Assembly (NCBI GenBank): GCA_050613775.1
Contig: JBODTK010000104.1
Span: 248,001 to 312,000, forward strand
Length of the DNA: 64,000 nt
Reading direction: 5' to 3'
From: Neocallimastix sp. 'constans'
Lineage: Eukaryota
Each line of letters begins with the position of its first letter. Position 1 is the stretch's first letter. A model generated the notes under the pieces. The model was not told where the DNA came from, did no database searches, and was given only the letters and a program-made list of their open reading frames with translations. Of this stretch, positions 26,165 through 39,145 are shown piece by piece. Made by a program: the position numbers and the translations under genes.

Positions 26165-28650
26165 TATTTGTTATTTTCAGATGACGAAAATTCAGTAAAT
26201 AATTCTGCTGCTGGTTTAAATTGTTTACAGAAGATATATTCTAGAATTTGGTATGGAGAAATTTCCTAGTACATGGAATGTAGCAAGTATTATATCTATT
26301 CCTAAAAAAGGAGATGATCTATCTGACTATGACAATTATCGAGGTATCTCTCTGATTAACAATGGTATAAAACTCATTTCGGAAATAGTCTCCAAAAGAA
26401 CTTCGGAATATGGACTTAAAAATAATTTTATTAGGCCAGAGCAATTTGGATTTCGATATAAAGAAGAATATGTTAGTTTATTTATTTCAATTCGAGAAAT
26501 TTGTCAGAGGCGTAAAAAAATGATAATAAAGAAACTTACCTTGCTTTTCTAGATTTAAAAAAGACATATGATTCTGTTTCAATAGATAATATTATATATA
26601 ATTTTATATAAATTAGATGCTTTAGGTATTAGAGGTAAATGTTATCAATTTATAAAAAATCTATATTTGACTTTCAAATCCAGTGTTAAAATTGATGATC
26701 AATATTCGGAATCTTTTAATATTATGAAAGGAGTTAGACAAGGTTGTCCATTATCACCAATTCTTTTCAATCTATTTATTAATGACATTTTTAATGATTT
26801 TTCAGAACTTGGAATTCTTTTAGGCGAATCTAGATGTTGTAGTGGACTCTTTGCATATGATATTGTTCTATGCGCACCGTCAAGAAATAAGTTAAAAAAA
26901 AATGCTTAAGGAGGTAAATGAATGGGCTAAATTTAATATGATGAATTTTGGAATTAAAAGGTATGGAACGATGGTGATTCGACCAGACACACCTCTTTTT
27001 CAAAATAAAAGAGATCCTACTTTTTATCTTGCTGGTCAACCAATCCCAATAACTAAATGTTATACCTATTTAGGTATACCATTTGATAAAAGCTTATCGT
27101 TGAACCCTATTATTAAATTACTTAACTCTAAAAGTTACTAAAGCTCTCTTTTCTGTTAGTAAATTTCTTTCAAATTCCAAAATTCCTATTCCATTTAAGA
27201 AGATTATAATTAACTCCTATGTACTTAGTAAATAGAGATAAGAGGTAATAACGATAAAAAAAATCAAGGATTTTTATTGGAAAAGAGGTATGAAAATCAA
27301 TTCTATTAAAACTGAATTTTATGACAAAAACAGATTCGAAGAAACATCAAATTTTATAAAACTTTGTTATGAATATCCTAATCTTTCCTATGGTTTCTAT
27401 TGGCTATTGAGAGCACGAAGCGGATATAGATTAGTGGCTAGAATTACTAAAGCTGAAAAAATAATAGATCAAATGTGTCCTAATTTTTGTCCCTGTTGTA
27501 AAAGTAATAAACAATGGATAAGGCATTGGTTAATTGATTGTCCATTTTTCAATCCTATTCGTAGTAAAGCTTTTAACCGTGGCAACCTAACCAATGATAT
27601 TAGCAACAGTAATAATAGTAATAGTAATAATAGTAATAGTAATAATAGTAATAGTAATAATAGTAATAGTAATAATAGTAATAGTAATAATAGTAATAGT
27701 AATAATAGTAATAGTAATAATAGTAATAGTAATAATAGTAATAGTAATAATAGTAATAGTAATAATAGTAATAATAGTAATAGTAATAATAGTAATAGTA
27801 ATAGTAATAATAGTAATAGTAATAATAGTAATAGTAATAATAGTAATAGTAATAATAGTAATAGTAATAATAGTAATAGTAATAATAGTAATAGTAATAA
27901 TAGTAATAGTAATAATAGTAATAGTAATAATAGTAATAGTAATAATAGTAATAGTAATAATAGTAATAGTAATAATAGTAATAGTAATAATAGTAATAGT
28001 AATAATAGAAATAGTAATAATAGTAATAGTAATAATAGTAATAGTAATAATAGTAATAGTAATAATAGTAATAGTAATAATAGTAATAGTAATAATAGTA
28101 ATAGTAATAATAGTAATAGTAATAATAGTAATAGTAATAATAGTAATAGTAATAATAGTAATAGTAATAATAGTAATAGTAATAATAGTTATAGTAATAT
28201 TAGTAATAGTATTGAAAATAATGTGTATGTTGAATTCTAGTGTGTGAAGACAAGTGTTTAATTTCCTTCTTGGAGGTCAAAGTATTAATAACAGTACAAG
28301 GGAATGGAAGGATCTATTTAAGTGCCAGATGAAATCAGGTGCTTATTCTGATACTCCATTTTTGGTTGGTTACTGCGGCTCTTCTTCAATCTATTATACC
28401 TAGATTATAACTATTGCTATCGGCCAGCAATGGTCTTTGTTTAATAGGTTCAAATCGAATTGTACTACTACTACCAAGAGCGTTAATGCTGAAGAAACAG
28501 TAAGACAGGCCAGCATTGCTAGCGCAACCAATGAAGGTCATAATTTCGTATCTTAAAAATAGGATTAACATTGTGAAGTCAAAATTAATTATTATACTAC
28601 AGTATAATAATGCCCTTGTAAAGTCTTACAGATATTAATTAAATGAAACT
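26165..28650 (+). mobile_element. 5'-truncated, inactivated LINE ORF2 (RT, CCHC zinc knuckle, C-terminal tail, 3' UTR)
   Basis: FPSTWNVASIISIPKKGD-LSDYDNYRGISL, FIRPEQFGFR, FLDLKKTYDSV, KGVRQGCPLSPILFNLFIND, GLFAYDIVL (catalytic FADD mutated), CYTYLGIPF, LLRARSGY and CPNFCPCCKSNKQWIRHWLIDC; frameshifts between ORF pieces. Confidence 0.95.
27608..28200 (+). repeat. 15-bp tandem repeat (AATAATAGTAATAGT)n, about 39 units, in frame in LINE ORF2 (NNSNS)n
   Basis: Direct inspection; ORF 27290..28240 reads through it. Confidence 0.97.
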
Positions 28651-28999
28651 AGAATATATTATACCATTATTTTATTTTATTTTGTGTTTTTTTTTTTTTT
28701 TTTTTTTTTCTTTTTATTACATGTATTTTATCATATATTTAATTAATAAAGATAAAACAAGTTTGCTTCCGTTAAAAAAAAAAAAAAAAAAAAAAAAGTT
28801 ATTTGTTATTTTAATAATATTATATATATATATATATTTTATTTTAATTTCAAAGTAAAATAATTATTAATTCATTTCTTTTGATGTATTATCAATTTAA
28901 ATAATTATATAATTATATATTTATACATGTAATGTAGAAAATTTTATTTTATTTTTTAAAAAAAAATATTCAAAGTATTATTATTATATGAAAATAATT

Positions 29000-29586
29000 C
29001 CATTTTGTAATAAAAGTTTGAATAGATTTGCCAATTTTATTTGAAGTAACAAAAAATTTTGTCAACCATTTCATCAGCAGACATATTTATTCTTGTTTAG
29101 AACCAAAATTCATTCGCCAAAACAGAGAAATAGCTATGGAAAAGAATACTCTTGCATTTTGGAAATACAAATATATATGAAGTAGACCTTTTTTTTTTTT
29201 TTTTTTCTTCTACATTTGATAACTTTTTGACATTAACAAAAGAATCTTTAACACCTGAAACAATTATAAGATGATGATCCTAAAAAACGCCATGTAAGAA
29301 AAAAAAAAAAAAAACTGAGACAGTATAGAAGTGTGAAGCCATTGCTCTATTACTATTATAAATTAATTACATGAATCAATACAAGAAGATTTACGAAATC
29401 TTTTTTTTTGCATAGATAAAGGCATTTCCAATTAGAGAAGTAAAGCAATCACAAAAAAAAAAAAAAAAAATATTTTTGCCTACTGAGATGATATAATTAT
29501 ATTTATGCAAGAGAGGTTCTGGACAAAAAAAAGAACTGGAAGAGTGAACACGACTTCTTATATAAACTTCTCCTTCTTGATTCCTT

Positions 29587-29640
<54 letters not shown>

Positions 29641-29830
29641 CCTCTATTGAAATTTACTGAATTTTTTTTTTTTTTTTGGGTGGGATATAAAGAGTTTAAC
29701 CAACAACAACGTTTTCAACCAATATTCAATAGCATAGGGAGTCTTTCAATACTAATAAAGGATGAAAACTAATAAGTGTAGGTTGATTAGGAGTATTAAC
29801 TTTAATTAACCAAACAGGAGCCATGAGATG
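29000..29830 (-). mobile_element. Degenerate LINE APE-endonuclease and linker relic
   Basis: Minus strand: VVVG..LYIP (~29700), RKSSCID-HVI (~29390), an SDH-like DHHLIIVS (~29270) and FSHSYFSVLANEF...MSADEMV-TKFFVTSNKIGKS (~29140-29020). Confidence 0.6.
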
Positions 29831-29834
29831 GTGA

Positions 29835-29874
<40 letters not shown>

Positions 29875-30379
29875 TAATAGAAAATAGAAAATAGAATGTC
29901 AAATTGAGATTTAGTGTTTAAATTTAATTACATTATAGCGTTGTTTTTACTGATCAATTTTAAGTAATAGTTAAAAAAAAAATATAAGAATATAAATAGT
30001 AGAAAGAATTAAATGAACATAACATTAGTAGAATATTGTGAATGGAACAAAGAGAAATAATTATATATCATGTAAACATATAGTTATATATAATAATTCA
30101 ATTATATATATATATATATAAAATAGAAAGATAAAGTAATAATAAACTCATAACTGTAAAAGATAAAAAAAAAATGACTGAAATAAAAAAAAAAAAAAAA
30201 AAGATTAATAAAGAAGATGGATATAAATAAAAATATGAAATGAAAATAAACACACACACATATATATATGTGTATCTAATTTGAAAACTTAAAAAATTTA
30301 TAAATAAAAATATATACATATATATATATATATGTATAAAGAGATATATAAAGATATACAAAAAATAAAGTTAGTACTG

Positions 30380-30967
30380 GGTAAATCAAGTGTAAATGAA
30401 CTTTTCAACTATACTATCTGCTGAAAGTTCTTTATTTCCTAATTCTTCACTAAGAATATCAAATTTATTGTGATCATAAATTACTTTCTTTTTAAGTTCA
30501 AAACATTTATATCTATCGCACTTAACAAATTTTTTTTTTTTAAAAAAAATTCCATCCATTGGCATTCCAACAAAGACAAAAATAAAGAAAAACTATCCTG
30601 TGTTAGAATGTGAGATTGTGAGATTGGATTTTGAGAATTAAGATTAGGAATATTAGGAAGCATTCAGTTCATGATTGCCATTTATACTATTGACTAAATT
30701 AGTTGAAATGTGATTTTCTGAGTTTGTATCATTGGATGTGTTATTAGATATTAAATTTTGTTTTAAATGCTGAAAAAGAAAATTTTATGATTCCGTTTGG
30801 AACATCTTTGATATGAAATTTTAATTCCTATTATTACTTTCTTTTTCAAATACTTTTTCAAATACTTTGTGGTTGAAATTTGGAGTGTGTACTCTTATCC
30901 TGAAGAAACTATCATTGAATTTAATAATTTTTTTTTTTTTTTTTTCACTGACAAAGTATTATTCTTT

Positions 30968-31008
<41 letters not shown>

Positions 31009-31020
31009 GGCAGCAAACAT
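30380..31020 (-). mobile_element. Degenerate LINE 5' region (end of ORF1-like segment, APE start, linker after an internal deletion)
   Basis: Minus strand CWNANGWNF (~30570-30545; APE N-terminal WNxNG) followed by IYDHNKFDILSEELGNKELSAD...IVEKFI, which resembles the linker in the 29-kb relic. Confidence 0.55.
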
Positions 31021-31124
31021 TGTTTCATCTTTATTAATTAAATGGTTAATAAAATACATGTAATAAAAAAAAAAAAAAAAAAAAACACAAAATAAAATAA
31101 AATAATGGGATAATGTTTATTCTC

Positions 31125-31900
31125 TAATTTTCATTTTTAATTAAATATCAATAAGACTTCACAAGGGCATTATTATTATATTGTAGTACTATAACAATTT
31201 TTTATTTTTATTTTTTTTGATTTCATAATGTTAAAATCATAATTTTTTTTTTTTTAAGATACGAAATACGAAATTATGTTCTTCATTGGGTTACGCTAGT
31301 CCTTGCTGGTCTGTCTCTGTCTTATCTGTTGTTTCTTTAGCATTAACGATTTTTGGTGGTAGTAGTAGTAGTAGTAGTGGTAGTAGTAGTAGTAGTAGTA
31401 GTAGTAGAATTCGATTTGAACCTATTTGAACAAAGAACCCATTGCTTGGTCAATAGCAAATAGGTAGAATCGATTGTAAGAAGAGCTCACAGTCTCACAC
31501 ATCAAGAATATGGTGTATTAGGGATTAGCAACTGATATCATCTGGTACTTAAAAATAGATCCTTTCATTCCCTTGTACCATGATTAATACTTCTTCTCTC
31601 TCCCCCCCGTATACTCCATCAACAGGAAGGAAATTAAACACTTTTTCACACACATACACTAGAATCAAAATCAACATTACACCTTATTTTTCAATACTAT
31701 GACTAACATTATTTAATAATATTATTACTAATATTACTTATAACTATTATTATTATTATTATTCATTATTAATTATTATTACTTATTACTAATATTACTA
31801 TAATTATTATTTACGGGTTACTTATTATTATCATTATTACTATTAACGTTATCATTTTGTCAGTTTGCCATAGTTAAAAAGCGTTATATAAGAAAGATCA
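31125..31900 (-). mobile_element. Inverted, more decayed 3'-end copy of the LINE family at 26165..28650
   Basis: Reverse complement aligns by eye with 27570-28650: AATAGGTTCAAATCGAATT, CGTTAATGCT-AAGAAAC, CATAATTTCGTATCTTAAAAA, ATAATAATGCCCTTGT-AAGTCTTA. Confidence 0.9.
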
Positions 31901-32037
31901 AGGATAGAATATATATATAACAAAGTTAAAGCAAAGACAAGCAAAAGCAAAAGCAAATAAAAAATAAAAAATATATATATATAAAAAAAAAAAAAAAAAA
32001 AAAAAAACATGACAAAGAAGAAACCTTCATTTCATTT

Positions 32038-32083
<46 letters not shown>

Positions 32084-32354
32084 AAGGGGGGTTATAAGTA
32101 CAATATCATCAATAAATAAAAAAAAAAGGACCACCACAAAACATTTTTTTATTTTATTTTATTTTATTTTATTTTTAATTTTTTAAATTAATTGCATTTA
32201 TATTTATTTATATTATATATATAATTTTATTTCTTTTTTTTTTTTTTTTTTTTGTTGATTTTTAAAATATATATAAAAAAGAAAATTAAAAAAGAATCTT
32301 GTTTAAATAATTATGGAAAAAAAAAAAATACTATAGTGAAAAAATTTATTTTGT

Positions 32355-33282
32355 TTATTCATCATCTGATGATTCATAATCAGAACTGTCCTCATCATCA
32401 TCGTCATTTTTCTTAGCAGCATTCTTTTTCTTTTCATTAGCCATTTCTTGTTTCATAGCAGCTAATTGACCAGCTAAAGAATCTTCTTCTGGTTCACTAA
32501 TTTCATCTTCGAAAACGTGATACTTTGGAGCTGGAACAACAACAAGCTATTTTATTTTTTATTTTTTTTTTAATTTTTTTTTTTTTTTTTTTTTAAAAAA
32601 AGTTTATATATGTATTAATATAAATTTATTCATATAATATCATTATTTTAATATATATTTAAATATATTTAACGTGAAAAATATATATTTAAGTTAATTA
32701 TATCTTACCTTAACTTCTTGAACAATATCAAAACCTAAACTACAATCAGATTTAACATATAAAGTAATTGGGAAAGTACCAGTCTTTGGTGGAGCTTGGA
32801 AGGTGAAACGGAGAACTTTTTCATCAGTTAAATCATTAATCTTTGTTGGTGGAGTTAAAGATTTATTAACTTGTGGATTGCCCATCATTAACCACCATCC
32901 TGGTCTCTTTTCCTATTATATTTTATTTTTTTTTTTAAAAAAAAATAAAATAAAATAAAATTTATTATTCATAATTCAATATAATAAATTAATATAATTT
33001 AATAATAAAAAATCATAATAATATTTTTTTTTTATATTAATGCTATTAAAACTAACCATCATAAGATATGGAGCATAAATTGGATCATTTGGATTAGTAG
33101 CTTTATCAAATAAAGTTCTCATTTTTTCTTTCTTTTCTTCAACTTCATTAATTTCAGTATTAATAACTTCTTCACCTTCAATAGTTTCTGGTTCATCATA
33201 TCTAATTTGACGTAACTTTATAAAGCATGTAACAAATACACCTGGTGCAATAGCAGCTTCATCTTCTCTTTCACCTAAAACT

Positions 33283-33325
<43 letters not shown>

Positions 33326-36193
33326 AAATTTGATTTAAATATTAAAAATATATACTTTTTTTTTTTTTTTTTTTTTTTTTTTATTAACGAAAAAGTATTT
33401 ATGTTAAAATAAATATCTTACCCTTGAATTCAACATTAGTAACTTTAATTCTTGGGAATGACTTTGCAACTTCAACTAATTCATTGTATTGTTCATCATC
33501 TAAAGTACGTAATAAAGATCTTTAAATTTTAAGATAAATATATTTTCATTAATTAATATAATTAATATTATTTTCATATTATTTTTTTTCAAACTTATAT
33601 AATATATTAAAATGTATTAATATTTTATTATTAACCTTCTATCTTCATCAGATAAATTTAATAAATCTTTAATAGTGTTGATTTTACGCTATTTTTTTAA
33701 AATTTTTAAAAATTAGAAATTAAATTTTATAAAATTTATCAATCTATCTATCTATCTATCTATTTATTATTTTTTTTCTTTCTTTTGTTAATAAAATTAA
33801 TATTACTTTTTTGGTGTCACAGTGCTTAATGATTTCTGGGTTAATGAATGGAAGTTGGAATAAAGCATGTTGATGTGGTGGCATAGCTTGAACAATTAAC
33901 TACAAATAAGTATTATGAAATTGAATTTATTAACAACGAATTAAATAGATATATATACTTTATTTAATAATCAACACGTACTTGTCCTAATTCAATACAA
34001 TTATTAGTAACATCGAGCCAAGAGTGAGCGACTGCAATTTGAAGAACACCTCCTAATAAACGTAATGCATTTTCAACAACAGCTTCTTGTTCTATAATTT
34101 TATTTATTTTAATAAAATTTATATCAGTTAAAACATATATAATTTAATAGCTTAAAAATTAAAATCATTAATTCTTTTGAAAAATATAAACCTTCTTGAA
34201 GTCTCTTGTTTTCTATTTGAATACGGAATAAATGGGCATGAAGTAAAAGAGAATTTCTAAATGCGCGAGGATGTTCTTGACGGTATTTTTTAGTTTTGTC
34301 CCAACGTTCAGAAGCGAAATTAGACATAGCTAACTTAACCTTTTCACTTAACTATTTATTATATAGTTATTAATAAAATACATAAATAATTAATGAAAAA
34401 AAAAAAAAAAAAAAAAAAAATAAGAAATTTGCATTAATAAAATAATTTTTAATATTTACTTTAGTTAAAGCATCTTCAACAGAAAATACTCCCATATTTG
34501 AATTTTGAATTTTTAAAGTTTCATATTCTGGGGAATTAGCAATTATTTCCAATAAACCTTTTATCATTTATATAAATTAATATAAAATTTTTGTTAATAT
34601 ATTTTTATTTGCTATTTAATTTATATTATATATAAATTTAATAAATAATTTACCATTAATTGAAGTTTTTTCTTTAACTTCATGATAGAATCTAGCCATA
34701 GTACTTTGAAGAAGCTTATCTCTAGTGTATGACTTTGAATTCTTCCACCATCTATGCTATATATTTTTAATTTAAATCATAAATATTAAATTAATATTAA
34801 GTATATTCTGTTTTTTTATATTCATCAGCAAATATTTAATTAATATAAGATCACTAACAACAAGAATTGGTAAAGCGACAGCAAATACAGAACTATATAA
34901 AATTAAAACCTAATAATTATAGTATTCATTTTAAATAAAAAAAAAAAAAAAAAATTAATGACTTTAAATATTTTGATATAATTAAATTTCTTTCAATATA
35001 TTATTTAAAGCCTACATACAATAAATGAATTACTTGATTCAGCAAGCCAAGCTGGTAAAGCAATACCTAAGCTGAATGCTATTTTAATTTTAATTTATTA
35101 AATTATTAATTAATAAGCAAACCATAAATATTAATATAAATAATATATTATTTACATTGTTTGCCATCTGGATGACCGTATTCTTCAAAGTTTCTTCTAG
35201 CTTCATCATCGGTAAGACTATATTATTAAATATCATTAAATCGGTATAAGCATCTAATTAATTAATTTTTATTGATTATATAAATATTTATTAATATTCC
35301 ACTTTTAAAAATATTATTTACACTTTATAAGCTTTAGTGATTTCGATCCAACGATCTTCAGCAGTAGCTCTATCTTTTTCTTCAACCTTATCTGGGTGAC
35401 TATATTATATTAATATTAATATTAAATTATCGTTATGATTTTTTTCAACAGAACTTTTTTTTTAAAAATTTTATTATAAAATAATATTTACTATTTGAGA
35501 CCAAGTAACTTATATTGCTTTTTAATTTGAGCTGGAGTTGCTGACTATAAAATTTATTTATTATTTTTTTTTTAAAAAAAAAAAAGGAAAAATAAAAAAT
35601 ATATATATTAATATCTTATGTAAACAAGCATTAAATAATAGTTGTAATATACCTTCTTTAATTCCATAATTTGATAAGGATCCCATTCGACATAATCAAC
35701 TTCAGTATTCATTACTTTATAAACTAGTAATCCAAGTAAAATCCAACCACCAATTAATAATACATATCTATAAATTAAAAAAAAAAAATTGTAAATAATT
35801 ACAGCCAAAAAATAAAATTTTTTAAATTTCATTATATACCTTAAACCTGAAGATTTATCACTTTTTTTTGCGTTTAATCTTGCTTTTTTCTTTTCATTTA
35901 ATAATACCTCTGTATGACCTGATTGTCCTTTCTTACCTATTAAAATATATAATTAATTATTAATTTTCTTTTAGAAACTTTTTTTTTTAAATTTTTATTG
36001 AATATTTTTTTCTTAAAAAACTTTTTTCTTTTTTTTCTTTTTTAATTTTTAGTTGTATTATTTTATTATTTAACAATAAAATACCTCCAAGATTCTTAAT
36101 ACAATATATTGTGTATGGAACAAGGAAAAGAATTAAAAGTGATAATATAAAGTAGCTAAAGTTAGCTCCTGTTTCATCATAATCGTATTTCAT
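32355..36193 (-). CDS. SEC63: ER translocon J-domain protein Sec63 (roughly 18 exons)
   Basis: MKYDYDETGANFSYFILSLL N-terminus, TM segments, J domain (WDPYQI...HPDK...EITKAYKVLTDDEARRNFEEYGHPDGKQ), GIALPAWL, Sec63/Brl domain (LLLHAHLFR, LFQLPFI, FQAPPKTGTF..YVKSDC.LGFD) and an acidic tail ending SSDDE*. Confidence 0.95.
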
Positions 36194-37247
36194 TTTGTTT
36201 TAATTAATTTTCAATCTCTATTATTATTAACCTAAAATAATTATACAATTAAAATTATATATTAGAATACAACACAAGTAATTCTTTAAAATTAAATATA
36301 ATAATTATATTAATATTTTTCAACAATTCTACATATAAATTATTAAAATAATAAGTTTATTTATATTTATTTATTTCAATTGAAATTCTTATTTTGATTT
36401 TATTTTTTTATATTATTTATAATATTATTAATTTAATTTTTTATGTAGTATAAGTTTGATATGTTTATAAATTAATTATTTTTTTTGTTAAGTTTACTAC
36501 TTTCATTTTTGATACCATATTTTCATGTTTAATATCATATTTTAGTACATGTAAAATATTTTTATTCTTCCTTCAAAAGATTTCGATTTAATTTCAACTT
36601 TGTAATATTTATAGTCGAACTTTATTATCAAAATATTTTATTCTATACATGTGTTTATTTCAATTTTATTTTACATTTTAAATATGTGTAAAAAAAAAAA
36701 CTTTTGTTTACAATTTAATTTTTTATTTTTATTATTACTTTAAATTTTGGTTATTCTGTGTTATTTGTTTCTATTTCTTTTCCTTTTATTCGTATTTTTT
36801 GCTCTTATATTTTTCTTTTCGTTACTTTATAAATTTTTGAGATTTATACAAGATATAACAAAGTTTATTCTTATTATCAATGTATTTAAAAATAATAAAT
36901 ATATATATATTATTATTTTTTATTTTTTATTTTTTATTTAAGTTATACAAAAAAAAAAAAAAAAATAAAAAATGACTAAAGAAACAAAATATTTTATATT
37001 CATAATATTTTAAATATAAATTTTTTCCTTAATTGTTCACTAATCAACTTTATTTAATATAATTATATTCTATATATATATAAATAAATATACCATAGAC
37101 TTAAAATTATTATAAATATATATATATTTATTGAATATTCTCTTCCTAGTAAACAAAGCTAAATTATTGTAACCATATATATATTCTTTTTTTTTTACAT
37201 GCTCTTATTATCTTACCAAAAAAAAGTTTTATTTAAAATATTGTAAT

Positions 37248-37290
<43 letters not shown>

Positions 37291-38339
37291 TTTTTAAAAT
37301 TAAAAAAATAAAATTATGTTTTTCTTTCGTATTCTTTTATGTTTTAAAATATTATAAAAATAAACAAGTAGTTATTTCTTTCCATTGTCTTTTTTGTAAA
37401 ATATAATAAAAAATATAACTATTTTCTTTCGATTTTATTTTTTTATATTTTTTTTATTTTATTAAATATTATAAATATAAAATTATCTATTTCGTCTGTC
37501 AGTTTTTTTTTTTTATTATATTATTTTATTTTAAAATATTATAAAAATTAATTATTTAAAAGGTTGAATTAATTATTTATTATTATTTAATTATTTATTA
37601 TTTATTATTCATTATTATTTATTATTTACTATTTATTATTTATTATTTATTATTTAATTATATATTTATCTATTTATTTATTTATCTATTTATTTATTAT
37701 TCAATTATTTATTATTCCATTATTTAATTATTCCATTATTTAATTATTTAATTATTTAATTATTATTTATATTTATAATTATTATAATATTATTATTTGT
37801 AATATTGATCAACCAATAAAATTAATGTATTTATAATTAAACTATTTGATTAATTCATTTTCTGTATGTATTTTCAATCATTCCTTTTTAATAAAATCAA
37901 CCAATTAATATTATACAATACATTAATATAATATATTTTTAATGATTCACAACAAACAATCTACATTAAATATTAAATACGTTATCTAACAAATGTATTC
38001 ATAAAATGGAATATAAATTAAAAATTAAAATAATTTATATTATAAATAAATTATTTATTGTTATTACAACAACCATTATTATTATTATTATATTTTTTTG
38101 TTATTATGGTTAATTATAATAAATAATAATAAGTAATTGTTAATTTATCAACTATTATATTTTATTAATAAAATTATACATATATATTTTTTTGAACTTC
38201 ATTAATATATATATCGTTATTGCTTAATATAATTACAAGTATTAAATTTTAATAAAATAAAGGAATAAAGAAAATCCAAAAAATAAAATAAAATAAAATA
38301 AAAAAATAAATATTTTTATGATTATTTTTTTTTAATTTT

Positions 38340-38760
38340 ATTAAATTTCTTTAAAAAATAACAGTTTTTCAATAAGATTTATAGCTATTTACTTCTTCAA
38401 ATTTTTTGAAGTGTATTATAGTCAAAATTTCTTAATTGTTATTCAACATATATAATCTTGGTTATAATAGTATCAAGACCATTAAGATCAGGATGAAATT
38501 CAAAATCATAATTTCTTATATCATTAATAATATCAAGATTATCAGTTTCAATTGATTATTATTTGCATTTGGTTGATTGTTATTATTTTGTGTTATTATT
38601 TTGATTAGGTAAATTTGAATTATCAAATAAAGGTAAAAAAATATTATAACTATCTAAATTTAAAGTTTTATCATTAGCTATATCAACAGCATCATTAAAA
38701 GCTTGTTGAAATAATTGTTCGCAATTATTAGCAAGTTTACATCCTCTTAATGATGGAATA
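38340..38760 (-). pseudogene. Unidentified decayed coding sequence
   Basis: Minus frame IPSLRGCKLANNCEQLFQQAFNDAVDIANDKTLNLDSYNIFLPLFDNSNLPNQ...IETDNLDIINDIRNYDFEFHPDLNGLDTIITKIIYVE, with internal stops. Confidence 0.45.
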
Positions 38761-38962
38761 AAAAAAATTAATATTCAAAAATTAAATTTCCTTCTTAAAG
38801 TTAATTTGTGAATGAGATTATATAACTAAAAATTATTTTCAATTATTTTCTTTTATGCTTTTTTTTGAAAATAATATTAAATAACAGTAATATTTAAATC
38901 AGCAATTAATAATCAATACGTTCATAGAAAACAATCTTCTAAGGTAATAGAGTGTTCTGTCT

Positions 38963-39145
38963 TTAATTTGATTGAATACCAATTCTCTCTTGAATTGATA
39001 ATTCCCTTCTTTCCATTTTCTTTCTTTTTTCTTGTTTGTTTAATAATTCTGCTTGTTCTCTAATTTTATTAATTTCTTTCATTTGTTCATATTCTGTTAT
39101 ATCCTCAGCTTTTAACAAGATCGCTGTTGGTTTTCTTTTCATCAT
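38963..39145 (-). CDS. CDC26: Anaphase-promoting complex subunit Cdc26/Hcn1 (59-60 aa, single exon)
   Basis: MKRKPTAILLKAEDITEYEQMK matches the Cdc26 N-terminal signature M(L)RRxPTx(I/L)xLxxxDIxEY/F; ends in the I.ERIG motif. Confidence 0.85.
   Translation of the reverse strand: MMKRKPTAILLKAEDITEYEQMKEINKIREQAELLNKQEKRKKMERRELSIQERIGIQSN

Noticed and set aside
27594..28247. 217-aa Ile/Val-rich ORF
   Set aside because: Alternative frame of the 15-bp microsatellite.
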